From positions 13,684 through 77,683 of the forward strand of contig JBOGUF010000138.1 in NCBI GenBank assembly GCA_050696075.1: a stretch of 64,000 nucleotides of DNA, read 5' to 3'. A program made the translations under genes and the position numbers. Below are positions 39,117 to 48,186 of the stretch, one piece after another. Every line of letters starts with the position of its first letter. Position 1 is the first letter of the stretch. This DNA is from Thermomicrobiales bacterium (GTDB lineage Bacteria; Chloroflexota; Chloroflexia; Thermomicrobiales; UBA6265). A model generated the notes under the pieces. The model did not search any database. It worked only from the letters and a program-made list of their open reading frames with translations, and was not told where the DNA came from.

Positions 39117-40400
39117 ATGCTTCGGTCGTCGGTGATTCGGTTGGAGCATTGCGCAACGCGGATACCTGTCCGCGCGAGGCCGAGCACATATCTGGAAGCA
39201 CTCGTGGCCGACGAGACAACCATTCGATCGTCGCTGGTTCCTGGCAGCGACCTAATCAGCGCGGTCTTGAATCGCGACGTGATGGGCCTGGCCGATCGCG
39301 GCGGCGCGAGCGGTCTGGTCGGCGAACGATGGGCAGATGTGTGCGCCGAGTGGACGGGGAGCTGGGCCGAGTACCGGATGCTAGTTCCGGATGAGAAGTC
39401 GTCGCCGCTCGTCGTCGATCGGGTGGCACGACTCGACCACCGGCCGGAGATCGAACGCGCGGCCTCGAAGCGGGCCCTGCAGAACCCCGATTTGTTACTC
39501 GTCGGGACGCGGGATGGCCGGGTGACGATCCAGGCCGCGGACGCCAAGTTCTCAGTCGAAACGGCGCGGTCCAAGCAGGTGAGCCAGGCGGTGGTCGAGG
39601 CCCTGTTGGGGTTGGGACCGCTCTTGACGCCGGTCATCGGCGAGTTGCCGGCGACGAGCGACATCGTGCCCGGGGTCTTTCTGTGCCCAGACTATCCGCT
39701 GACCCACGTCATGCTGCGCCGTCGTCAGGGAATCACCCGCGTCACGGTCAAGGAGCGCGAGGTCGTGCTCGTGCCGGCGCTCGCCAAGCGCTTCTTCGCT
39801 TCGATGGAAGGCGAGTCGATCATGCCAGTGCTCGCTGGCATCGACCAATTGCCGGTCCGGCTGGATGAGAGCTTACTCGCGGGGCTCTACTACTTCCGCC
39901 TCTCGCGCGCGGCGGTCGGTTGTTGGGTCGACTCGGTCAAACCGCTTCTTGTCTATAACGACACGACCGAAATCGACGTGGGGGCGGTCCAAGTGGAGGC
40001 GGCCAGGCGCGCGAAACGCGCGAAGTCCGCGTGGGATCTGATTCTGATCTGGAATGCGGACGTCGGGACCGTGCGAACCCAGCGAGCGGCCGTGGAACAG
40101 GTGGCGGGGCTGCCGATCACGGGGCGGGAACTCCGCGATCTCATCGGGCGCATGGCAGCCGGCGTCGAGCAACCGCCTTCGATCAATCAAGTCCGGCGCC
40201 GGCTCAGAGCGTGGTATCGGCTGGAGCTTCGAGGGCGGGTCGGTCCGCTCCGGCCACCGATCGACGATCTGCCAAGAGCGTTGCAGGCGGTTGCCGCGGC
40301 CAGCGCCGAGGTTGGGCCTGTCGTCGAGGCGCGAGCGCGGGACATCGTCGAGCAACTCATGGCGCGGGACGGGACGATCGAGGACGATATCGACTCCTGA
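39117..40400 (+). CDS. Hypothetical protein with PD-(D/E)xK nuclease signature
   Basis: 427 aa from the ATG at 39117, with high GC3 and a coding-like pattern. The motif is NPD(125)LLLVG...IQAAD(142)AK(144)FSVE. No other recognisable domain. Confidence 0.65.
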   Translation: MLRSSVIRLEHCATRIPVRARPSTYLEALVADETTIRSSLVPGSDLISAVLNRDVMGLADRGGASGLVGERWADVCAEWTGSWAEYRMLVPDEKSSPLVVDRVARLDHRPEIERAASKRALQNPDLLLVGTRDGRVTIQAADAKFSVETARSKQVSQAVVEALLGLGPLLTPVIGELPATSDIVPGVFLCPDYPLTHVMLRRRQGITRVTVKEREVVLVPALAKRFFASMEGESIMPVLAGIDQLPVRLDESLLAGLYYFRLSRAAVGCWVDSVKPLLVYNDTTEIDVGAVQVEAARRAKRAKSAWDLILIWNADVGTVRTQRAAVEQVAGLPITGRELRDLIGRMAAGVEQPPSINQVRRRLRAWYRLELRGRVGPLRPPIDDLPRALQAVAAASAEVGPVVEARARDIVEQLMARDGTIEDDIDS

Positions 40401-40683
40401 TGTTGGCCGACGCGGCTTGTGGATACAGACAAGCCGTTGACGCGGCGATATACTCAGGCCGCAAACACGAGCTACGTCGCCGAGCGGACCGACTACGAGG
40501 TAACGACGGTGGGACTCTCCATCGCCAGTCGTCACCTCATCAGCCACGACAGCGGCAGGTCACCGTTTATATGCCCGACGCTTGCTGGGGCTGACTTGCC
40601 CGTTCGGCGCGCGGGGCGACGACCCGCTAGGGGGCGGGCGGCTGGCGATTGATCCGGCAATCCGGAAAGGAGAGTGATCCCGT

Positions 40684-41178
40684 ATGGCGAGCATGACGAC
40701 CGCGCCGGCAACGGTGACGATCAACCTCACGGTGAATGGTCAAAGGCATTCTGCGCATGTGGAACCGCGCATGCTGCTCGTGCATTTCCTGCGCGAGACG
40801 CTTGGTCTGACCGGCACTCATATTGGATGCGACACGAGCCAATGCGGCGCGTGTGTGATTCACCTTGACGGACTGCCGGTGAAGAGCTGTACGGTCCTGG
40901 CCGTTCAGGCCGATGGTTCGGAGATCGCCACGATCGAGGGAGTGGCCCAGAACGGCCAGCTTCACCCCGTCCAGGAAGGATTCTGGGAGATGCACGGGCT
41001 CCAGTGCGGCTTTTGCACGCCAGGAATGATCATGACCGCTGTCTCCCTCCTCGAGCGCAACCCCCACCCGTCCGAAGCCGAGATCCGGCACGAACTGGAG
41101 GGAAATCTCTGCCGTTGCACCGGCTACCAGAACATCGTCAAGTCGGTCCAGTACGCGGCCGAGAAGATGAGCTCTTAG
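40684..41178 (+). CDS. coxS: (2Fe-2S)-binding small subunit of a xanthine-dehydrogenase-family molybdoenzyme (CoxS-like)
   Basis: Two [2Fe-2S] motifs: [16 protein letters not shown] and [10 protein letters not shown]...[19 protein letters not shown] precedes it. Confidence 0.9.
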   Translation: MASMTTAPATVTINLTVNGQRHSAHVEPRMLLVHFLRETLGLTGTHIGCDTSQCGACVIHLDGLPVKSCTVLAVQADGSEIATIEGVAQNGQLHPVQEGFWEMHGLQCGFCTPGMIMTAVSLLERNPHPSEAEIRHELEGNLCRCTGYQNIVKSVQYAAEKMSS

Positions 41179-41253
41179 CTGCTAGTCGCTCGCCGATTGG
41201 GAGCCGATCTGGCGATTAGCGATTGGCTACTGACTGCACAAGGGAGGACGTCG

Positions 41254-43635
41254 ATGAGCGCCACCTTGGAAGCGCCGCGGAAATTGGTCGGACAGCCGAT
41301 CAAGCGACGGGAGGATCCCCGGCTGATCGCCGGCGCGGGGTCGTACCTGGACGACGTCAAGCTAATGGGCATGACGCACGCGGCGATCTTGCGGTCGCCC
41401 TTGGCTCACGCACGAATTAGGGCGATCGATACCGGCGGGGCCACGTCGATGCCCGGCGTGCTCGGGGTCTTCACCGCTGACGATTTCCAGGAACTCAATC
41501 CATTACCCGCGGCCTGGCAGGCGGCCGGCGTACAAAACAACGCGGTGACGCCGCGCGTGCTCGCGTCGGGCGAAGTGCATCAAGTCGGCGACCCGGTCGC
41601 GGTCGTCGTTGCGGAGAACCGCTACCAGGCGCAAGACGCGGTGAATGCCATCGTCGTCGAATACGACGAGTTGCCGGCGGTTGTCGACGCGAAGGCGGCG
41701 ACCGAACCCGGCGCTCCGCAACTGCACGACGAGGCGCCGAACAACGTCGCCCTGAAGTGGACCTGCGGCAAAGACGCGGAGACGGTCGACGCGGCGTTGA
41801 ACGAGGCGGAGGTCAGGCTCAGCCAGCACCTGATCAACCAGCGGCTGATCCCGACCGCGATCGAGACGCGGGGATCGATCGGGCGATACGATCCGGCGAC
41901 TGGCGACTACACGCTCTGGGCAACGTCCCAGGCGCCGCACGTCCACCGGCTGCTGCTCGCGGCCTTTGTCCTCGGCGTGCCGGAGCAAAAGATCCGGGTG
42001 ATCGCTCCGGACGTCGGCGGCGGCTTTGGCAGCAAGATCTTCATCTACTTCGACATGCCGCTGGTGCTGGCGCTGTCGAAGAAGCTGGGTGGCCGGCCGG
42101 TCAAGTTCGTCGAGGACCGATCGGAGAACTACCAGAGCACGACGCATGGGCGCGACCACATCACGGACGTCGAAGTGGGCGCGAAGAAGGATGGGACGAT
42201 CACGGCGCTCAAGGTCACGACCTGGGCCAACCTCGGCGCTTATTTCTCAACAATTGCTGCCGGGATTCCGACGACGCTCTACGGGCGGATGCTCGCCGGC
42301 TGCTACAAGATTCCGAACATTCACTGCCACGTCACCGCGACCTACACCAACACGGCAATGGTCGACGCGTATCGCGGCGCCGGTCGGCCAGAGGCGGCCT
42401 ACGTGATCGAGCGCGTTTGCGATCTGGTCGCGGACGAAACCGGTGTCGACCCGGCCGAGGTGCGGCGGCGGAACTTCATTCAGCCGGAGGACTTTCCGTA
42501 CGACACCGGCGTCGGCATGCTCCCGTACGACAGCGGCAACTACGAACCGGCGCTGGATCGGGCACTGGCGCTGGTCGGCTACGACGGCGTGCGCAGGGAA
42601 CAGGAGGAGCGCCGCCAGCGTGGCGACAGCAAGCTGCTCGGCATCGGTCTCTCCTCCTACGTCGAGGTCTGCGGCGTCGCGCCGTCGAAGTGGATCGGCT
42701 TACCGGGCGAGGGGTGGGGCGCCGGCCTTTGGGAGAGCGCGAACGTCAAGGTCCACCTGACCGGCAAGGTCGTCGTCACGACCGGCTCGTTGCCGCATGG
42801 GCAGGGCCACGAGACGACGTTTGCCCAGCTCGTTGCCGACGAGCTCGGCGTGCCGTACGACGACATTCAAGTTGAGCATTCCGACACGCAGTCGGCTCCC
42901 TTTGGCTTCGGCTCGTACGGCAGCCGATCACTGGCAGTGGGAGGGACCGCGATCTACAAGAGCGTGGCGAAGGTCAAAGAGAAGGCGAAGCGCCTCGCCG
43001 CGCACATGCTGGAAGCGGCCGAGGAGGACATCGTCTTTGAGGACGGCAAGGCCCACGTCAAGGGCGCACCCGATGCGGCCAAGACGATCCAGGAGATTGC
43101 GCTGGCCGCGCACGTCGCGTACGACTTGCCGGACGGCATGGAACCGTTCCTCGACGAGACCACGTACTACGACCCGCCGAATTGCACCTTCCCCTTCGGC
43201 ACGCACGCCTGTGTCATAGAGGTGGACAAGGACTCGGGCCAGGTAGAGGTGAAGCGTTACGTCGCGGTCGACGACGTGGGGAATGTTGTCAATCCGCTCA
43301 TCGTCGACGGTCAGATCCACGGCGGCATCGCGCAGGGATTGGCGCAGGCGCTCTACGAGAGTGCTCATTACGATGAGAACGGTCAATTGCTGACCGGCAC
43401 GCTCAGTGACTACGCAATCCCGAAGGCGAGCATGGTGCCGACCTACGAGCTCGACCGCACGGTCACGCTGACGCCGACGAACCCAATGGGCGTCAAGGGT
43501 GCGGGCGAGGCAGGAACGATCGCCTCAACGCCGGCGGTCGCCAACGCGGTCGTCGACGCCGTCTCGCATCTCGGTATCCGGCACATCGACATGCCGCTGA
43601 CGCCGGAGCGCGTCTGGCGAGCGATCAACGGGTGA
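41254..43635 (+). CDS. coxL: Molybdopterin-binding large subunit, form II CoxL-like
   Basis: [17 protein letters not shown]-terminus and an AYRGAGR active-site loop (42367-42387) rather than the form I AYRCSFR. About 790 aa. Confidence 0.85.
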   Translation: MSATLEAPRKLVGQPIKRREDPRLIAGAGSYLDDVKLMGMTHAAILRSPLAHARIRAIDTGGATSMPGVLGVFTADDFQELNPLPAAWQAAGVQNNAVTPRVLASGEVHQVGDPVAVVVAENRYQAQDAVNAIVVEYDELPAVVDAKAATEPGAPQLHDEAPNNVALKWTCGKDAETVDAALNEAEVRLSQHLINQRLIPTAIETRGSIGRYDPATGDYTLWATSQAPHVHRLLLAAFVLGVPEQKIRVIAPDVGGGFGSKIFIYFDMPLVLALSKKLGGRPVKFVEDRSENYQSTTHGRDHITDVEVGAKKDGTITALKVTTWANLGAYFSTIAAGIPTTLYGRMLAGCYKIPNIHCHVTATYTNTAMVDAYRGAGRPEAAYVIERVCDLVADETGVDPAEVRRRNFIQPEDFPYDTGVGMLPYDSGNYEPALDRALALVGYDGVRREQEERRQRGDSKLLGIGLSSYVEVCGVAPSKWIGLPGEGWGAGLWESANVKVHLTGKVVVTTGSLPHGQGHETTFAQLVADELGVPYDDIQVEHSDTQSAPFGFGSYGSRSLAVGGTAIYKSVAKVKEKAKRLAAHMLEAAEEDIVFEDGKAHVKGAPDAAKTIQEIALAAHVAYDLPDGMEPFLDETTYYDPPNCTFPFGTHACVIEVDKDSGQVEVKRYVAVDDVGNVVNPLIVDGQIHGGIAQGLAQALYESAHYDENGQLLTGTLSDYAIPKASMVPTYELDRTVTLTPTNPMGVKGAGEAGTIASTPAVANAVVDAVSHLGIRHIDMPLTPERVWRAING

Positions 43636-43645
43636 AAGGCGGTAG

Positions 43646-43712
43646 GGCTTAGGCATTAGGCGTTAGGGGAACGGCGTCGTGGTTCCTAACGCCTAACGCC
43701 TAACGTCTAACC
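43646..43712. repeat. Hairpin built from inverted heptamer (TTAGGCG) repeats
   Basis: CTTAGGCATTAGGCGTTAGG-(ggaacggcgtcgtggttc)-CCTAACGCCTAACGCCTAACG lies in the 97-nt coxL-coxM gap. The arms are complementary except for one A/G position. Confidence 0.85.
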
Positions 43713-43732
43713 TCCCAGAGAGGAGAGTAAAG

Positions 43733-44584
43733 GTGTTTCCGACGCGGTTCGAGTATCACAGACCGACGAGCGTGCAAGAAGCGGTACAACTGCTCAGCGC
43801 GAACCCGGAGGCGAAGGCGATCGCCGGCGGGCATTCCTTGCTGCCGGCAATGAAACTGCGATTGGCCGCGCCGGCGGCGCTGGTCGACCTTGGCCGCATC
43901 GAGGGCCTGAAGAAGATCACAACCGATGGTGGTGTGCGCATCGGCGCGATGACGACCTACCGCGAGCTCGAGGACTCCGCCGAGTTGTCGAGCGCGTTGC
44001 CGATCATCGCGGAGACGGCGAACGTTGTCGGTGACCCGGCCGTCCGCGCCCGCGGCACGCTAGGGGGTTCGCTGGCTCATGCCGATCCCGCGGCTGATTT
44101 TCCCGCGGTCTTCCTGGCACTTGGCGGGAGCGTCACGGCCGTCGGCAGCGGCGGGGAACGCACGATTGCGGCCGACGAGCTCTTCGTCGACCTGCTGACG
44201 ACCTCGCTCAATCCCGACGAAATCATCACCGAGATCAGTCTTCCGGCTCAGACCGGCGACGTCGGAATGGCCTATGAGAAGCACGCCCATCCCGCCTCCG
44301 GCTATGCCGTCGTCGGGGTAGCCGTGGTGCTCGTGAAGAGCGGTGGAACCTGTCAGTCAGCGCGAGTCGCGGTGACGGGGGCGACCTCGAAGGCGACGCG
44401 GGCGACCGCGTCTGAGGCGGCAATCACGGGGCAATCGCTCAGCGCGGAGGCAATCGCCGCGGCGGCGGACAAAGCCGCCGATGGGCTAGAGATCAACGGC
44501 GACATCTACGCGTCGGCGGAATACCGCGCGCATCTCGTGAAGGTGCTGACCAAACGCGCCCTGACGCGCGCTGCCGGCATCTAG
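43733..44584 (+). CDS. coxM: FAD-binding medium subunit (CoxM-like)
   Basis: FEYHRPTSVQEAVQLL, AGGHSLLP and TLGGSLAH FAD-binding motifs. GTG start with a GGAGAG RBS. Confidence 0.9.
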   Translation: MFPTRFEYHRPTSVQEAVQLLSANPEAKAIAGGHSLLPAMKLRLAAPAALVDLGRIEGLKKITTDGGVRIGAMTTYRELEDSAELSSALPIIAETANVVGDPAVRARGTLGGSLAHADPAADFPAVFLALGGSVTAVGSGGERTIAADELFVDLLTTSLNPDEIITEISLPAQTGDVGMAYEKHAHPASGYAVVGVAVVLVKSGGTCQSARVAVTGATSKATRATASEAAITGQSLSAEAIAAAADKAADGLEINGDIYASAEYRAHLVKVLTKRALTRAAGI

Positions 44585-44617
44585 GCCCAGACGGCGGCAA
44601 TAAGCGTCGAGTTTGCT

Positions 44618-44648
44618 GAGGGGCCGGTCGACAACCGACCGGCCCCTC
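44618..44648 (+). terminator. 13-bp perfect hairpin after coxM
   Basis: GAGGGGCCGGTCG-acaac-CGACCGGCCCCTC. Confidence 0.5.
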
Positions 44649-44734
44649 GTCGTGTCAGAAACCGAATCGACGGAGGAGGCGTTAAGCCAAGAGCAACAAG
44701 CGAGACGTCCGCATAAGCAAAGGGGGGGACCGCG

Positions 44735-46744
44735 ATGGCGGACGAGCCTTTTTCCATGCGTTGGTCGCAAGCGTTCAACCGCCGTCGTCTCCTGCGCGGC
44801 GCGTTGGGTGGAACAGCGATCGCGGTCGCCGGCGTCGGTCCAGGATGGCTGGTCGCGCCCCATCGGACCGCCGCGCAGGAGATCAGCACCATTGCCGAAG
44901 ATGTCGAGCAGCGTGGCGCGGCGTTCGCGCGGGGCGAGCGGCGGGCGACGGAACTGGAAAGTGGTAGCGGCGAAGAGCAGGAACTGGTTGCCGTGGCGAG
45001 TGGGTCCGGCCAAGAGTTCGTCTCGGAGCCGGTGCACCTCGACTTCCCGATGACGCACATCGGCGCGCATTGGCTAGCGCGCTCGTCCGGCGGCGCGCTC
45101 TTCGTCGATCTGAGGTGGTCGTCCGATGGGGCGACGTGGACCGATTGGAGTCCAACGGTTATCGACGTTCCAGACGGCGTCGCGCCGAATGTCGGCACCT
45201 TTGCGGCGCTCGTCAACGTGAATCGGGCGACTCATGCCCAATATCGCATCAGGTTCGAAACCGCGGGCGGGTCGATCCGCGTCCGGCGTTTCACCCTCAC
45301 CTGTTTGAACAGCGTGGATGGTGACCGGGCGCGCATTCTGTTGCCCTCCAGCCTAAGCGCGTCCGCGGCGGTGGCAAAACCGAGCGTGGTGACGCGCGCC
45401 GCGTGGGGTTGCGTCGAGGCGTATCGGTTCCGCAACGGTCGAGAGATCTGGCCGCGCGAGTACGTCACGACGCGGAAGGTCGTCGTCCACCATACGGCCA
45501 CGACGAACGGCTACTCGAACGCGGCAGCTGAAGTCCGCGCGATCTACTACTACCACGCGGTCACTCAGGGGTGGGGCGACATCGGGTATCACGCGCTCAT
45601 CGGGAACAACAACCAGATCTACGAAGGGCGCGTCGGCCGCGACGGCGAGCACGTGAGCCTCGACGTCGTCGCTGGTCACGTCTTCCGTTGCAATGAGGGC
45701 ACCATGGGGATCTCAAACATCGGGATCTTCATGAGCGTGGCGATCCCCAGTGGCATGATCGAGGCTGGGGCAAAGATTGCGGCCTGGATCTGCGACCAAC
45801 GGGGCATCGACCCGAAGGGATCCGGTCCCTATCAGCGCGGCGACGGGACGGTCTACACCGGTTGGAACGTCCCTGGCCACAAGGAGATCGCGACGGCGAG
45901 CTCGCCGACCGCTTGCCCCGGAGATGTCGGTGTGACCCAATTGCCGAACTTCCGCGATCGAGTAGCCACCAAGATCGCGGACACGTATGTTCCGACGGCT
46001 ACGATCAGCCCGACTCGAGGTACGGTCAACACATGGGTCGATTACCAGATTTCTGGGTTCCCCGCCAACGCGACGGTGGCCATCGAATGGCGGCGGACGT
46101 CAGGCAGCATGATCGACATCGATACCATCCAGCTCAATGCATCGGGAGCGGCAAGCGGAGAGTTCCGCGTGCCGGCGACTCCCGGCGGCGCCAATCAACT
46201 GATCCGCTTTTCTGCCGGGACAATTCGGGCGGATGCCTACTACGAGGTTGCGCCTCGAATCAAGGTTGTGCCCGGCTCCGCCCCGCGCGGCGCGACCGTC
46301 GACGTGTCTTTGCGCGGTTTTGGCAAGAAGGAGACCGTCCGCATTCGGTGGCGGCGCGGGACCGGATGGGTCGAACTCGATCGCATCCTCACGTCGAATA
46401 CTGGAAGCGCGAACGTGGACGTCGAGGTGCCCGAGTGGGCGCCTAACGGTATCAACCCGGTACGGGGCGATGGCACGGCATTTCGGGCGCAGACCAACGC
46501 CTTCTCGGTCAATGGCGGCGTCTTCCAACCGGCCGAAGAGACGCCCTCGCCGACCCCGACCATCTCATCGACGGCGACCTCGCCGCCAACCGAGCCGACC
46601 GCGACGGTCGCACCGCCCGAGGAGACGCCCACGACCGAGCCAACCATTTCTCCCACGACGACTGCCGAACCGTCTCCGACCGGTACGGCGACGACGGAGC
46701 CGACCGCACCACCCGAAGAATCGATGGAGGACGGCGGCACCTAG
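44735..46744 (+). CDS. Tat-exported N-acetylmuramoyl-L-alanine amidase (amidase_2/PGRP domain) with Ig-like repeats and Pro/Thr-rich tail
   Basis: Twin-arginine signal FNRRRLLRGALGG, amidase_2 core VVHHTATTN...GWGDIGYHALI, two ~90-aa beta-rich repeats, and a PT-rich C-terminus. Confidence 0.8.
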   Translation: MADEPFSMRWSQAFNRRRLLRGALGGTAIAVAGVGPGWLVAPHRTAAQEISTIAEDVEQRGAAFARGERRATELESGSGEEQELVAVASGSGQEFVSEPVHLDFPMTHIGAHWLARSSGGALFVDLRWSSDGATWTDWSPTVIDVPDGVAPNVGTFAALVNVNRATHAQYRIRFETAGGSIRVRRFTLTCLNSVDGDRARILLPSSLSASAAVAKPSVVTRAAWGCVEAYRFRNGREIWPREYVTTRKVVVHHTATTNGYSNAAAEVRAIYYYHAVTQGWGDIGYHALIGNNNQIYEGRVGRDGEHVSLDVVAGHVFRCNEGTMGISNIGIFMSVAIPSGMIEAGAKIAAWICDQRGIDPKGSGPYQRGDGTVYTGWNVPGHKEIATASSPTACPGDVGVTQLPNFRDRVATKIADTYVPTATISPTRGTVNTWVDYQISGFPANATVAIEWRRTSGSMIDIDTIQLNASGAASGEFRVPATPGGANQLIRFSAGTIRADAYYEVAPRIKVVPGSAPRGATVDVSLRGFGKKETVRIRWRRGTGWVELDRILTSNTGSANVDVEVPEWAPNGINPVRGDGTAFRAQTNAFSVNGGVFQPAEETPSPTPTISSTATSPPTEPTATVAPPEETPTTEPTISPTTTAEPSPTGTATTEPTAPPEESMEDGGT

Positions 46745-46799
46745 CGCACGATGGCCGCCGTGTTGCTACGGGCGCCTACCCCCGTCAATCCGAGGAAAC

Positions 46800-46839
46800 G
46801 AGGAATCTCGCCCGTGGGCCTTGCGAGGCGAGATTCCTC
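46800..46839. terminator. Bidirectional hairpin between convergent genes
   Basis: GAGGAATCTCGCC-14 nt-GGCGAGATTCCTC (13-bp perfect stem). Confidence 0.5.
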
Positions 46840-46877
46840 TCTGCGATCGGCATGCCGCCGGATTGCGTGCCAGCTTG

Positions 46878-47552
46878 CTAGTTTATCGCCGGCAGCAGTC
46901 GCTTCGGGTCGTCGGTGCAGAAGGCGTGAACGCCGAGAGACTTGAGACGCCGCGCTTCGTCGGAATCGTTTACGGTCCAGGCGAAGATGCGAAGGCCCGC
47001 CTCGCTAGCCACTTGCGCTGTCTCTTCTGTGATCCCGCTGTGATTGACGGCGATGTAAGGCGAGCCGAGCGAATGCGCGGCTTCGATGACGGCGGTGGTC
47101 GTGCCGGTACTGAGGGGCCACAGCTCCGCGTCAGGCGCAATGACGCGGATCCGCCGGAGGACGTTCCAGTCGAACGAGGAGATGATCCAATTCACCTCAG
47201 GGTGGCGGGACAGTGAGTCCACCACCAGGTGTTCGATGCCGAGTTGCTTCATTTCCAGATCGAGGTGGATCCGTTCGCCGACGAGGTCGAGTACTTCTCC
47301 GAGAGTCGGTACGGACTGGCCATCGCCAGCGTCGGCCTGGCGAATTTCCGCAAGCGATAATTCATCGATGTTGCCTTGACCATTCGTCGTGCGCTCCAGA
47401 CCACGATCGTGGATCACGACCGGCACGCTGTCGGCCGAGGCCCGGACGTCCAGTTCGATGCCGTAGGCGCCCGCCTCGATGGCGAGGACGAAAGCGCGCA
47501 ACGTATTCTCCGGCGCCGTGACCGAATCGCCGCGGTGAGCGTACAGCAGCAT
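46878..47552 (-). CDS. Glycerophosphodiester phosphodiesterase
   Basis: MLLYAHRGDSVTAPENTLRAF...GIELDVR...VIHD. The ATG at 47552 is preceded by GGAGG. Confidence 0.85.
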   Translation of the reverse strand: MLLYAHRGDSVTAPENTLRAFVLAIEAGAYGIELDVRASADSVPVVIHDRGLERTTNGQGNIDELSLAEIRQADAGDGQSVPTLGEVLDLVGERIHLDLEMKQLGIEHLVVDSLSRHPEVNWIISSFDWNVLRRIRVIAPDAELWPLSTGTTTAVIEAAHSLGSPYIAVNHSGITEETAQVASEAGLRIFAWTVNDSDEARRLKSLGVHAFCTDDPKRLLPAIN

Positions 47553-47619
47553 CTGATGGTTCCTCCCCGATTGAGCCGATCCATGTGCCAGCCTCCGATC
47601 CCGTGCATTCGCACCTAAA

Positions 47620-47648
47620 TTGACACGGATCGTATCAATGTTTATACT
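47620..47648 (+). promoter_or_regulatory. Near-consensus sigma-70 promoter with an embedded inverted repeat (candidate HspR operator)
   Basis: TTGACA (47620-47625), 17-nt spacer, TATACT (47643-47648). The inverted repeat TTGACAC-N5-GTATCAA (47620-47638) overlaps the -35 and spacer. Confidence 0.5.
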
Positions 47649-47676
47649 TGAGGTGACGTAAACAGGGGACGGAGGC

Positions 47677-48066
47677 ATGGCGATGCGTTTCAATGAGCCG
47701 CTCTTTGTCATCAGTGTAGCGGCCCGCCTAGTCGAAATGCACCCGCAAACATTACGGAAATACGAACGGGAAGGGCTGATCATCCCGTCCCGGACCGCGG
47801 GTAACCTGCGACTCTACTCTGATCAAGATATCGAGCTATTGCGTCAGGTCAAGTATCTTGTCGAAGACCGGGGACTCAACCTGGCGGGCGTTCAGATGGC
47901 ACTCGAACTAACTCGGCGACTCAAGGACTTGCGCGACGCCGTGGAAGGATCGGCGGCAGACGGAAGCCGGGCAAGCGGGCGTGGCCGGCAGAGTGGGACA
48001 GCGGCTGAGTTTTGCAATCGTTTGGACGATCTCCTTCGACTCCTTGGCATCGACGTAACGAGTTAG
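47677..48066 (+). CDS. hspR: MerR family heat-shock regulator HspR
   Basis: FVISVAARLVEMHPQTLRKYEREGLIIPSRTAGNLRLYSDQDIELL. Located directly upstream of clpB. Confidence 0.8.
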   Translation: MAMRFNEPLFVISVAARLVEMHPQTLRKYEREGLIIPSRTAGNLRLYSDQDIELLRQVKYLVEDRGLNLAGVQMALELTRRLKDLRDAVEGSAADGSRASGRGRQSGTAAEFCNRLDDLLRLLGIDVTS

Positions 48067-48186
48067 CAATCGAACGCAGGACTGGCCCGCGAGCCGGCAG
48101 CATAACGCCATCGGGTGCGGTACGCCTCGCTGAACGGGGCGGGTTCTTGGCCCACGCCGGCTTGGAGGCCGGGATAGGACGAGGGA

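Noticed and set aside
40401-40683. Possible molybdenum-cofactor (Moco) riboswitch in the 280-nt region upstream of coxS.
   Set aside because: The context is suggestive, and the region has a hairpin (GGCTTGT/ACAAGCC, 40413-40436) and a GGAAAGGAGAG RBS. I cannot reproduce the Moco motif consensus from memory well enough to match it. An Infernal search with RF01055 would be needed.
48067-48186. Search for a canonical HAIR (CTTGAGT-N7-ACTCAAG) operator between hspR and clpB.
   Set aside because: No match or near match is visible. Only a half-site-like CTTGAGG exists, at 47647-47653 upstream of hspR.
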